A stretch of 63,709 nucleotides of DNA, filler included, from Reclinomonas americana ATCC 50394 (Eukaryota): assembly GCA_048213135.1 (NCBI GenBank). It is 6 parts of 4 records of this genome, joined end to end, with 100 filler letters (N's around TTAATTAATTAA, not from the genome) between each part and the next. Parts side by side here need not be neighbours in the genome. Positions count along the whole stretch, not along the records: positions 1 to 28,304 come from PS015195.1; 5 more parts are not named here. One strand, given 5' to 3'. Of the stretch, positions 1-11,617 are shown piece after piece. The stretch's first letter is position 1, and each line of letters starts with the position of its first letter. Both the position numbers and the translations under genes were made by a program. The notes beneath the pieces were generated by a model that searched no databases, was not told the origin of the DNA, and saw nothing but the letters and a program-made list of their open reading frames with translations.

Positions 1-55
<55 letters not shown>

Positions 56-320
56 ACATGAATGGATTGACACAGTTGACGCATTGTTGCGGCGCAATGC
101 ATCACTGTCTCCGAGACTCCTGCTCTCTCCCCTTCTCTCTCACATACACACACATATACACACACATACGCACTGTGGCTTGCTCTCGTAAGCACCTCTC
201 TTCTCACTGCCACAGATGCGCTCAACTCACGCAATGCATCACTCACATTCTCACCAACTTCTCTCTCTCTCACTCTCCCCTCCCTCTCTCTCTTTCTCTC
301 TCACACACACAAGACGCAAC

Positions 321-466
321 TTGTGCAATCGAAACTCCTCGCGCACATACGAATCCCCCAGTGCGCGCAACGCCGGTGGCAACTGCGTCTGATGCGCACG
401 CAGAATCCGTCGATACAACCCGCGCACTGCCGCTCTCCACAATCCAGTTCCAAAGATCGACTCCAT
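321..466 (-). CDS. SDHAF3: Succinate dehydrogenase assembly factor 3 (ACN9/LYR-motif protein), first exon; 3' part not resolved
   Basis: MESIFG...LYRRILRAHQTQLPPALRALGDSYVREEFRLHK matches the SDHAF3/ACN9 signature LYRRILRxH..LP..R.LGD.YVK.EFR.HK. Putative donor GTTGCG at 320. Confidence 0.75.
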
Positions 467-668
467 CTCTCTCACTCTCTCACACGCGCACTTCTGATTG
501 TGACACTCCGCGGGATGTCCTGCAGCGGGGTTTCGCGCTTATGCTTGTGCGTGGTGGTTTCTTTGTGTATGTATGTGTCCTGCGACGGGCTGGTGAGCGG
601 TGCAGTGGTTGCGGAAGAGTACGGCATGAAGGGGCAGTTGCAGGAGAAGATCGAGAGTGAGAAATTTC

Positions 669-2300
669 CGACGTCGCGATCGACGTCTGCGGGAAACTGA
701 CACGCGTTGCTGAGCCAGCGAGTACCACAACTGCACGACACTACGTATACTCTCTTGGAAAACAGCGAAGGGTGGAGCAGGAAGAGAGACAGCAGGGCTT
801 TCGAATTCGATTGCTCGCGACGTTGCATATGCATGCGAACTGCGGAAGACTGACATGCGTGGTGTCGCTGAGCTAATGCATACGATATCTGCACGAGTGC
901 TCTCCTCCTTTCTACTGCACTTGGAAAACGCTAGTGAGCAGGGGAGTAGGAAAGGGAGGGGCTTTCGAATTCGTTCGATATCGCGACGTCGCGTGCGAGC
1001 TGCAGCGGCTTGCGTACGTTGCATCGCTGAACCAAGGCGTACCACAACAACACGATACTCTCCTCAGTGCTAGTGTTCAAGAATCGGCAACGGGCAGAGG
1101 AGGAAGAGAGACAGCAGGGCTATCGAATTTGATTGATATCGATATCGAGACGTCGCATGCGAACTGCAGAGACTTGCATACGGTGCATCGCTGAACCAAG
1201 GTGTACCAAAACTACACGATGCTCTCCTCAGTGCTGGTGTTCAAGAATCGGCAACGGGCAGAGGAGGAATAGCCAAGAACTTTCGAATTCGATTGATACC
1301 GACATTGCGACGTCGCATGCGAACTGCAGCGCGCGGCTTGCATACGTTGCATCGCTGAGCCAAGGTGTACCACAACTACGCGATGCATNNNNNNNNNNNN
1401 NNNNNNNNNNNNNNNNNNNNNNNNNNNNNNNNNNNNNNNNNNNNNNNNNNNNNNNNNNNNNNNNNNNNNNNNNNNNNNNNNNNNNNNNNNNNNNNNNNNN
1501 NNNNNNNNNNNNNNNNNNNNNNNNNNNNNNNNNNNNNNNNNNNNNNNNNNNNNNNNNNNNNNNNNNNNNNNNNNNNNNNNNNNNNNNNNNNNNNNNNNNN
1601 NNNNNNNNNNNNNNNNNNNNNNNNNNNNNNNNNNNNNNNNNNNNNNNNNNNNNNNNNNNNNNNNNNNNNNNNNNNNNNNNNNNNNNNNNNNNNNNNNNNN
1701 NNNNNNNNNNNNNNNNNNNNNNNNNNNNNNNGTCGCATGCGAACTGCAGCGGCTTGCATACGTTGCATCGCTGAGCCAAGGTGTACCACAACTACGCGAT
1801 GCTCTCCTCCGTGCTGGTATGCAAGAATCGGCAACGGGCAGAGGAGGAAGAGAGACAGCAGGGCTATCGAATTCGATTGACATCGCGACGTCGACTGCAT
1901 ACTGCGGAAGACTGACATGCGCTGCGCTGCCAATCCAGCGAGTACCACAGCTACTTGATACTTTCCTACTTTCTGCTGTTCAACAATCGGCAACGGGTAG
2001 AGGAGGAAGAGCCAAGAACTTTCGAATTCGATTGATCATGATATCGATATATATCGCGACGTCGCGTGCGAACTGCGGAAGACTGACATGCGTGGTGTCG
2101 CTGAGCTAATGCATACAATATCTGCACGAGTGCTCTCCTCCTTTCTACTGCACTTGGAAGACGCTAGTGAGCAGAGGAGAAGGAAAGGGAGGGGTTTTCG
2201 AATTCGATTGATATCGCGACGTCGCATGTGAACAGCAGGGGCAATCATGCTGAGCCAAGGTGTACCACAACTACACGATACTCTCCACCATGCTCTCATT
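669..2300. repeat. Degenerate tandem repeat (satellite-like), unit ~155-176 bp, interrupted by an N gap
   Basis: The TCGAATT core recurs at 801, 965, 1123, 1283, 1867, 2022 and 2198. Shared blocks include GCGACGTCGCATGCGAACTGC, GCTGAGCCAAGGTGTACCACAACTAC and AATCGGCAACGGGCAGAGGAGGAA. Confidence 0.9.
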
Positions 2301-3287
2301 CATCAAACAACGAAGAAGTGAACAGGAACAGGCACACAGCAGGACATTTTNNNNNNNNNNNNNNNNNNNNNNNNNNNNNNNNNNNNNNNNNNNNNNNNNN
2401 NNNNNNNNNNNNNNNNNNNNNNNNNNNNNNNNNNNNNNNNNNNNNNNNNNNNNNNNNNNNNNNNNNNNNNNNNNNNNNNNNNNNNNNNNNNNNNNNNNNN
2501 NNNNNNNNNNNNNNNNNNNNNNNNNNNNNNNNNNNNNNNNNNNNNNNNNNNNNNNNNNNNNNNNNNNNNNNNNNNNNNNNNNNNNNNNNNNNNNNNNNNN
2601 NNNNNNNNNNNNNNNNNNNNNNNNNNNNNNNNNNNNNNNNNNNNNNNNNNNNNNNNNNNNNNNNNNNNNNNNNNNNNNNNNNNNNNNNNNNNNNNNNNNN
2701 NNNNNNNNNNNNNNNNNNNNNNNNNNNNNNNNNNNNNNNNNNNNNNNNNNNNNNNNNNNNNNNNNNNNNNNNNNNNNNNNNNNNNNNNNNNNNNNNNNNN
2801 NNNNNNNNNNNNNNNNNNNNNNNNNNNNNNNNNNNNNNNNNNNNNNNNNNNNNNNNNNNNNNNNNNNNNNNNNNNNNNNNNNNNNNNNNNNNNNNNNNNN
2901 NNNNNNNNNNNNNNNNNNNNNNNNNNNNNNNNNNNNNNNNNNNNNNNNNNNNNNNNNNNNNNNNNNNNNNNNNNNNNNNNNNNNNNNNNNNNNNNNNNNN
3001 NNNNNNNNNNNNNNNNNNNNNNNNNNNNNNNNNNNNNNNNNNNNNNNNNNNNNNNNNNNNNNNNNNNNNNNNNNNNNNNNNNNNNNNNNNNNNNNNNNNN
3101 NNNNNNNNNNNNNNNNNNNNNNNNNNNNNNNNNNNNNNNNNNNNNNNNNNNNNNNNNNNNNNNNNNNNNNNNNNNNNNNNNNNNNNNNNNNNNNNNNNNN
3201 NNNNNNNNNNNNNNNNNNNNNNNNNNNNNNNNNNNNNNNNNNNNNNNNNNNNNNNNNNNNNNNNNNNNNNNNNNNNNNNCGCACGTG

Positions 3288-3332
<45 letters not shown>

Positions 3333-3744
3333 GTGGGATCGAGTGTGTGTGAAGGGAAGAGAGATTAAGAGGCAGATGCACTCCCACTCTTCTTTCTCTT
3401 TCTGAGTGTGGGAGTCACTCACAGAGAGCATTCTCAACAACGCCACAGGAGTATGCATCTGCTCTCTTCTCTTCACACTCACGCGAGAGAGAGAAGAGTA
3501 TGCACGAGTGACACGCATGCATTACTTTGAGAAAGGCTGATTCACTCTTCGTTGACGCGTGCTTTTCTCTGCACACTGATGCGCTCTGTGTCCACGTTTT
3601 CTCTCATTCTTACTTACGTGCCTAAGAGGCAACGCAGTGTGCTCTTGCTTGCTTCTGTGGAGGCGAGCGTTGCAGCACCTCCCTCCTTCTTCTCCATCCC
3701 TTCCTCCCCCTCCTTCTCCTTCTCACCCTTCTCACCGCTCACAG

Positions 3745-4295
3745 GATCGCCTCCGCCGACGATACTCCCGCGAATTTGGCAACGATACCGTCGTCGAGGT
3801 TCCATCCTCCCTTCTCCATCCCCACTTTCCACTTCCCCTCTCTCACCCTCCTTCTCCCAATAACAGCTCAACCGGCCCTCCGACCCCCTCGCCGCCGTCA
3901 ACTCACGCAGCGAGCTGTTCATCCGCCGCCAGCTGGAGCTGATGCAGGAGAAGAAAATGTCGGAGGATGAGGCATTCGCGGCGGCGCGTGCTGAGCGAGA
4001 GCGCCGCGAGTTTGTCTTCCAGGTCGAGGCGCGTTTGGCCGAGGAGCAGGCACTGGTGGAGATGCGACGAATGGGCAAGGTGTCGGAGAAGGCCACGGCG
4101 CGTGGTGGTGGCGGATTCTCGCCGCTGGCCACGCCCGAGGCTCGCGAGCTCGAAAAGTGGCAGCAGGAGGAGCAGCGTGTGTGGCGACGAGTGGAGGCCG
4201 CCGCGGCGGCACAGGCCGCGGCCACCGGGGCCTCGTTGTACGCCGCGCCACCGCAGCAGCAACCATCACCGGTGGACGATGTGCGCGACAACTAG
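3745..4295 (+). CDS. Mitochondrial small-subunit ribosomal protein mS23 (Rsm25-like), 3' exons (3745-3798, 3867-4295); 5' part unresolved or in the N gap
   Basis: The spliced sequence DRLRRRYSREFG...ELFIRRQLELMQEKKMSEDEAFAAARAE...QVEARLAEEQA resembles mS23/Rsm25 motifs (EDRLR..; RQL.LM....S.EEAY..AR.E..E.R.A.EEA). Confidence 0.65.
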
Positions 4296-4468
4296 TGAGT
4301 GAGTGTGTGTGTGTAGCCACGAATCATATCCTCGCCCAACAACGCGAGAGCAAAAAGCGGCGCATCCGCAAAAAATGAAGTTCAGCACACCGTAGAAAAC
4401 TATACTAATGATCGCGATTACAAGTTTATGGTGTAGATCTCTCTTTCTCCTTGTCCCTCTCTCTCTCG

Positions 4469-6907
4469 TTATTCAGTGGTGGCAGTCGCCGGCGGCAATG
4501 GCGGCGGCGGTGGCGGCGGCGGAGGGTTGGCGCTCTCCGCCGCAGCCTTGTTGGCCGCCTCCTGTTGCTTCTCTCGCATAATCTTCTTGTCACGGGCCTC
4601 GCGCTCTCTCGAGTTCTTGACCATGGCGGCGGTGTCGGAGGCCAGGCGCGAGATGCGCTCCATGGTCTGCGGGGGTGGAGGGGAAGGAGTGAGAATTAGA
4701 GGGGGCAGAAGGATGCGAAGGCGCTCCATCTTTCTCGACACCAGCTGGTGTGTGTTGGTCGTGGATTCTATCTCTCCTCACTCTGGTGCGCCAATCTCGC
4801 TCTTCCTGCTCTCTCACAGTCCTGCTGCCTCAAGGGCACTTGCACATTAATCCATTCCATGCACGATGACTCCAAACCCAGCTCTATCCATTTTCCTCCG
4901 TCCTGTCAGATTCATTCTTGCTGTCTCGCATCAAGAGCAACGCAACGTGCGTTGTGCACTTGCTCCTCTCCTCTCCTCCCCTCTTCATCTCCGACAGTAA
5001 ATCGCCCATTCATGAACACAACACGAGACGCAGAACTCTCACAGTCCTGCTACTCTTCCATCAGCAGAATGAGCGACGCTGCTCGCTGACTCTGTGCATG
5101 CACCTTCTTTCTCTAACCCACCGCGGGCTATCCCTTCATGCTGTCCCTACAAAGAGTAACGCAACGTGCGACTGCGCACTTGCTCCTCTCCTCTCCTCCC
5201 CTCTTCATCTCCGACAGTAAATATTCATGAACACAACACGAGACGCAGAACTCTCACAGTCCTGCTGCCCTTTCATCATCCCTTCTTCTGTCACTCACAA
5301 AGTGAAACGCAGTGCACTCGCACCTGTCCTCTCCACTACCTCTTCTTTTCTTTTCTGCAGTGTCAAGTCAACAACCTTCCTCTCAACAACGTCCAAAACA
5401 CGAGACGCAGAACTCTCACAATCCTGCTGCCCTGATTACGCAGGTTATCCCTTCTTCTGTCAAATACAAAGAGTGACGCAGCGTGCGACTGTGCACCTCT
5501 CCTCTCTCTCTATCACCTTCCCTCTCTTCAGAATCACCAACCAGCAACGTGTTGACAACGCATTGCGCCCCTCAGCTCTCCTCCCTCCCTTCTCCTCCCA
5601 CCCTTCCCCTCTCTCCTTCTCATCACCTCCTTGTTCTGCTGCATGAGAATCTGCATGGAGCGCAGATACTCCTCGGCGGCCGCCGCCATGCCAGTGATTA
5701 GAGTCGGCAGCATGAAGCCGGGGGCCACACTCACGAGATAGTACAGTGCGCCGGCAAACACAATATTCTGTCCCACATACGACGTCCACAGCATGGTGGG
5801 AGTGACGTCCCTGCGAGCATCACCAGTGTGTCAACACGGGAAGACGTCTTCTCTTGTTTGCGGCTGCTTCGCCTCACCGATAGCTGTCGACGACCTTGAA
5901 TTCGGGCACAAATGTGCCAATGCCCATGACGCCGAGCGCCACGGCCACCGCCGCACCCAAACCCGCTCGAGTGCCCACGCGCAGTGCACGGCCACCGAGT
6001 CCGGCAAACATCTTGCGGAAGCCATTGTGGCGAATGGACGCCGCGGCAGCACGCACACTGCCCCACACGAGACCCACACCGAGGGCGAAAAGCACCTTGA
6101 TCGTGGCCAACATGACCTGCGGTTTCTCCTGCAGCTCGCGTGGCGTCTCACGGCCGGCGTGAATGCAGTCGTACATGAACACCACGTTGGACACCTGGAT
6201 CCGTTTTCATCCTCAGCACCATCAACACAGCACTGATGCAAAGCATACGGAGACACGCAACCTCCGGGCTCATGAGGCGATCCCACGTGGAGAACTGCTG
6301 CCGATCCGGCAGCAACATGTTGATGTAGTCCACAACGGGCTTGCTCTGGCGGCAGTACTGACGACCAAAGGGCGTGTCCATGACGGCCGCCAGGAATCCA
6401 ATCGGGAACGAGTGCACAATCAGCGCAGCACTCTTGCCCGGCAGTCGCGACACAATCAGATCCATGTGTCCCTCATTGATCAGTCGCTGCACGACCTCGG
6501 CTGTGGGGCGGAGAACAAGGCGGTGAATGATTCGTGACAAGCGCGGGCAAGGCAGGGAGAGGGACTCGCGCCGCACGATTCTTGGCCATTTCACCAAAGA
6601 GCTGCCATGTCAAGTTCTGCAACGTGTCCTCGTGCTCCGGCAGCGTGCCATCCGCCAGCCAGTCAATACGCAACTGCTGGTACAGCAGAAGCGCATCGGA
6701 TTCTGTGATTCCACAGCACAATGTTGAGAGCGGGGAGGAATACGAAAGGGGGCAGCATCTCTGTGCACACACCTCGGATGCACAAGGCGGTGCCGAGTGA
6801 AATCGACAGCGCACTAATGATCTCCAGTTCGTCCATCAATCCAATGCCCACATTCAGCGTCTTGCCCGTGGCCTCAATGTTCTTCAGGAACACATGCCGT
6901 CCGAATG
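4469..6907 (-). CDS. Multi-exon hypothetical protein with hydrophobic, probably transmembrane, segments and a C-terminal coiled-coil/poly-Pro tail; start uncertain
   Basis: GC-rich coding-like segments can be joined by GT-AG introns (e.g. ...MSPE|VSNVVFMYDC...LFALGVGLVWG...; LWTSYVGQNIVFAGALYYLV; terminal exon MERISRLA...PPPPATATTE*). No family recognised. Confidence 0.45.
4900..5430. repeat. Intronic degenerate direct repeats (~160-215 bp spacing)
   Basis: ACACGAGACGCAGAACTCTCACA occurs at 5021, 5236 and 5398. GCACTTGCTCCTCTCCTCTCCTCCC..CTCTTCATCTCCGACAGTAAAT occurs twice (~4957, ~5176). Confidence 0.8.
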
Positions 6908-8515
6908 CTGCGGAGGAGTGGAAGGGGGGTGAGCACGGGCCACACCATATCCCCCGCAAGTCAAAGAGTGGAGATGATCTCTCTCTCTTCCCTCTCGCAA
7001 CCAGTGTCTCAGACATTTAGCGTGGCACTAATGGCTCTCTACATCCGCTTCAGCCGTCTCATACAACACACTAGACTTGGGGAGTGACGCAATGACCTGA
7101 CTGCAAATGTGTGAGAGAGATAGATGGACATAACAAGGCGTGTGTCGCATGGGATGTGTGTGTGAGAGAGAGAGAGAGAGGAAAAGAGAGAGATGGAGCG
7201 TGTGTCGCATGCGACGGATGTTAGAGTGTCGTAGGAGCCAGTTGTGTGTGAGTGTGAGTGTTGGTGCGTGTGAGACAGAGTTACGATGGCGATGTGAACG
7301 TCTGAAAGCGAAAGAGAAGGAAGGGGAAGAGAGGCTGCCTACGACCTCCTCTCTTTCTCTCTCTCTCTCACACACACACACGCACAAGCGATACATTCCT
7401 CATGCAACAGAGTCTCTCTCTCTCTACACACACACACACACACACAAGCTCGCCGTTACTCGTTCTCCTCCCGCAGAGCTGTCCACCTCTCCCTCTCTCC
7501 TTGTCTCCCACCATCTCTTCCTTCCACCCCATTCCTCGCTCATTCTACCCCTCAAGCTCTCCCTTCCACCCTCTCTCTCTCTCNNNNNNNNNNNNNNNNN
7601 NNNNNNNNNNNNNNNNNNNNNNNNNNNNNNNNNNNNNNNNNNNNNNNNNNNNNNNNNNNNNNNNNNNNNNNNNNNNNNNTTGTCTGTGATGTTGCTGATG
7701 GTGTTGGTGTGGTGGAGGCGTGAGACTCTGTGGAGTTCCATCGTCGTGCTAGCGAGGCCCAGAGAGGGCGCCCACCAATCCGTCGCCACAGCATCGTCGC
7801 TGAGCGTGAGTGAGTGACGATGATCCGAGGGAGGACAGCTCGTGGGACTTTGCTCTCTTGTGAGGGGAGTGGTGGCCCTGGCGGTGTGGCTGTGTGTGCT
7901 ACTGATGGTGGCGCTTGGCGAACGCATAGTGCTGGGCTTGATGGCGGTCAGAGAGCACCAAGGGGATTGTGTGCGACGTCGACATTGTAATGTACGCAAG
8001 GCGACGACGGGGCCAGGTGAATCAGGAGCAGTCTCTCACCTCACACGTTGTCTCTACGTTGGGCTTCACCGACTCGCTGGTCTGCCTGCGCAGCGAGGAA
8101 GATCACGTCGACGTCGACGTCGACGTGTGAGAATCAGATAATCGCCGCAGCAATGCGCGTGACTCCCCGCCTCCCCCTTCCTCACCCCCCTCCTCCCTCC
8201 TCATGAGGGGACACACTCGCCGACAAGNNNNNNNNNNNNNNNNNNNNNNNNNNNNNNNNNNNNNNNNNNNNNNNNNNNNNNNNNNNNNNNNNNNNNNNNN
8301 NNNNNNNNNNNNNNGGAGAGTGAGAGAGGGGGGAGCGAGAGAGAGACAGTGAGTGAATGAGTGCAGTCAGTGTGAGAGACTGTGACTGAGTGTGTGAGAG
8401 TGAGTGAGTGCAAGAGAGTGTGGCCACGTGCTCAGCGATTATATGATCAGTTTCTCGTCTGTGAAGAGATCAGTGCAGTTTAACTCTTCCGATTGACAAT
8501 CGATCGCGCTCACAG

Positions 8516-11500
8516 GAGCCTCGGCATCATTATGCACAAGAGCGACGAATCGGCCTATTCGCCACTCGGCAAGTGGTGGATGATTAGCCACTTTTGGCTC
8601 ATGCTCTACATTACCGCATTAGTTCCATTACGAGTTCAGTGCTGGCTTACTTGCCTGTGTGATGCAATTCGCGAGACTTATCTTGCCTCTCGTATCACTC
8701 CAGGCCGCATTTCGCTCCGCAGCCACAGCTCCGTGGATTGTGCTGGATGGGCTCATTGACTTGGCGATTGTGGCCGATATTATCTTTCACTTTCGCAATC
8801 CGTACTACGAGGGCGGCGATGTGATTCGCGACAAGAAAAAGATTGTCACGCACTACCTCAAGGGCTGGTTCATTATCGATCTGCTCACGGTGCTGCCGTT
8901 TGAGGTGTTTTGGGTGGTCACGGGCATTGAGCCGCTGCTGCGCGTGAATCGCACGTTGAGGTACTGTGTGGGGCGGGGGTTGTGGATGTCTGTCCCCGTG
9001 TTTGTCGACGATCTGATCTGGGACAGTCTCCGTGTCTGTTCTCTGTCTGTTGTTCTCCCTCTCTCCCTCTCTGTCTGTGTGCCTTCCTGTGTCTTCTACC
9101 CTTTGTTTGACTCTCTCCGTCTCCCATCTCTCTCTTCTCCTTCTCTCTCTCTCTGTCTCTGTCCTNNNNNNNNNNNNNNNNNNNNNNNNNNNNNNNNNNN
9201 NNNNNNNNNNNNNNNNNNNNNNNNNNNNNNNNNNNNNNNNNNNNNNNNNNNNNNNNNNNNNNNNNNNNNNNNNNNNNNNNNNNNNNNNNNNNNNNNNNNN
9301 NNNNNNNNNNNNNNNNNNNNNNNNNNNNNNNNNNNNNNNNNNNNNNNNNNNNNNNNNNNNNNNNNNNNNNNNNNNNNNNNNNNNNNNNNNNNNNNNNNNN
9401 NNNNNNNNNNNNNNNNNNNNNNNNNNNNNNNNNNNNNNNNNNNNNNNNNNNNNNNNNNNNNNNNNNNNNNNNNNNNNNNNNNNNNNNNNNNNNNNNNNNN
9501 NNNNNNNNNNNNNNNNNNNNNNNNNNNNNNNNNNNNNNNNNNNNNNNNNNNNNNNNNNNNNNNNNNNNGCATGCTTGCTGTGTCCTCCATTCTCTCCTTC
9601 CTTCGCTTCCCCTTCCACCCCCTTCCCCTCACACCCCTTCCCCCCTCCACCAGGCTCCTCCGCTACGGCCTCTACTTCAACTTCCTCATCCGACACACCA
9701 AACTCAACCCCACCCTCGTCGCCATTTCGCAATTCGTGCTCTTTGTCTTCATCGTCACGCATTTCGTGGCCTGCTTCTTCTTCGTGTTTGTGCAAATCGA
9801 GGGCGACACCGGCTCGGCGCAGTGGGTCTCGTCGCTTCCGCTACGGACAATGCCACTCCTCACGCAGTACCTCTTCTCGTTCTGGTGGGCCATTGTGACG
9901 CTGACGGGTGTCGGCGGAACGCAACCGATGACCAATTTGGAGTACGGCTACTCGCTGTTCACGGTGCTGCTCGGTGTGGCCATGTTCGTGGCCATCATCG
10001 GTTACGTCGGCTCGTTGGTGACGGAGCTCGGTGCCGTGTTGCGTCTTTTTTTTTCTCCTACTCCCTTTAGCGTCTCTCTCTCTCCCTTCACTCACTCTCT
10101 TTCTTCCCCCCACTGGCAGAGAGGCCGATTTCCGCTCCAAGGTCGACTCTGTGAACGAGTACATGCGGTACCGCAACATTGGCAAGCCGCTGCAGAAAAA
10201 GGTCCGCCAGTACTACAAGTACATGTGGAAGACGCGTGCGGGCATCGATGAGGCCCAGGTGCGTTTGCGCGGGCACAGCAGATTGTTTCGGTCGAAGAAC
10301 TCACCGCCTCCTCCTTTGCTCTTTTGCGGGGCAGGTGCTGGACCAATTGCCGGCCTACATTCGCTTCGAGGTCACCAAGTACCTGTACAAGGGCCTTGTC
10401 TCGAAAGTGCCCCTCTTCCACACGGCCGACGCCGAGTTTGTGCGCTCCATTATCGGTAGCATCAAGCCGCGCGTCTTCCTCCCCGACACGTGGGTCATTC
10501 GCAAGGGCGAGATCGGACGTGAGATGTACATTATCGGCAAGGGGCAGGTGGAGGTGGTGGGCGACGAGGATGCCAATGGCATGCGACCGGTGTTTGCGAC
10601 GCTGAAGGATGGCGATTTCTTTGGTGAAATCGCCCTTCTCATGAATCAGCCGCGTAACGCCAGCATCCGCACCAAGGGCTACTGCGAGTTGTATGTGCTG
10701 ATGCAGGAGAGCTTCAACCAGGTGAGACAAAGCGGGGTAGAAGAATTGATTTTCCGATTTCCCTGCTCTCACCCTTTGTCTATCTCGCAGACCATGGACG
10801 ACTATCCCGACCAGCGCGAAAAGATCTACGAAGTGGCACGTACGCGCTACAATGCCGCCATTGAGTCGGCATCGTCGGCGGCCAGGGTGCGCACCGGCTC
10901 GATCTCGTACGGCAACAGCCGACGGGCCATGAGCAGGCGCACGCTCAAGTCGTCGCGTGAGAACTCGCAACGCTCGCTGTCAGGCACGTTGCATCGCCTC
11001 CGCCAGCAGATAGTCAAAATGTGCTCACCCATTCACCACAGGTGCCGACTCGATGCGTCGCATGTCGACGAGGAGGAGAAGCGGGCAGGCGTTGCAATCG
11101 ATGACTGACGGTGCGTTTTCTCTGGTCTCCCACTCTTTTGCTTTCCCCCCAACTTATTCACGAGTCCATTGCAGATCCCAGTTCTGCAGCCGCCGACTCA
11201 CCCGGTTGCGTTGCCACCGCCCGCCCGACCTGTTATTCATCGCGCTTGCTTGCTGCTCACTTCCTTGCTCCCACCAGACGCCACCTCCGCCGCTTCGGAA
11301 ACCAACGGCGGTCTCCTGTTCTCGCCGCAAAAGGCAAGTCTCCCTCACTTCCCCGACCTTCATTGCCTCATCTCTCAACTCTGTCGTCGTTGCAGATGCG
11401 TGAGGGTGCCGTCCCCGAGTCTCTGCCTTCGGAACAGTCGGCTGGTACGTTGCTGCATTCATTTCCAGCGCTCGCGGTGTATTTATCGTGTCCTCCCTCC

Positions 11501-11544
11501 GCGCAGCTGCCTCGTCGGTGATGAGCCCCACTAATGATGACTAA
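8516..11544 (+). CDS. Cyclic nucleotide-gated (CNG/KCNH-like) cation channel, multi-exon; 5' end and final exons uncertain
   Basis: Motifs seen: S2/S3 DIIFHFRNPYYEGG..HYLKGWFIIDLLTVLPFE, S4 LLRVNRTLRLLR, pore FWWAIVTLTGVGG, C-linker YMRYRNIGKPLQKKVRQYYKYMW, CNBD IRKGEIGREMYII...FFGEIALLMNQPRNASIRT. Confidence 0.92.
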
Positions 11545-11617
11545 AGAAAATGAACAAACAAACCTCTTGTTGTTTTGCATCGCCGTCCTCTCGTCCTCAA
11601 TCACTGTTTATCAACGA

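Noticed and set aside
669-2300. Possible CRISPR-like array (palindromic cores at regular spacing)
   Set aside because: The sequences between cores are homologous to each other rather than unique spacers, the period is ~160 bp, there are no cas genes and the context is eukaryotic.
1133-3518. Long ORFs containing X runs (also at 9032-9898, 29515-30753, 40713-41615, 52321-53237, 55576-56358)
   Set aside because: Their length is an artefact of N gaps having no stop codons. Only their flanking exons were used.
7028-8227. Possible additional minus-strand gene or upstream channel exons
   Set aside because: The region is fragmented by N gaps, and no consistent splice model or motif could be built.
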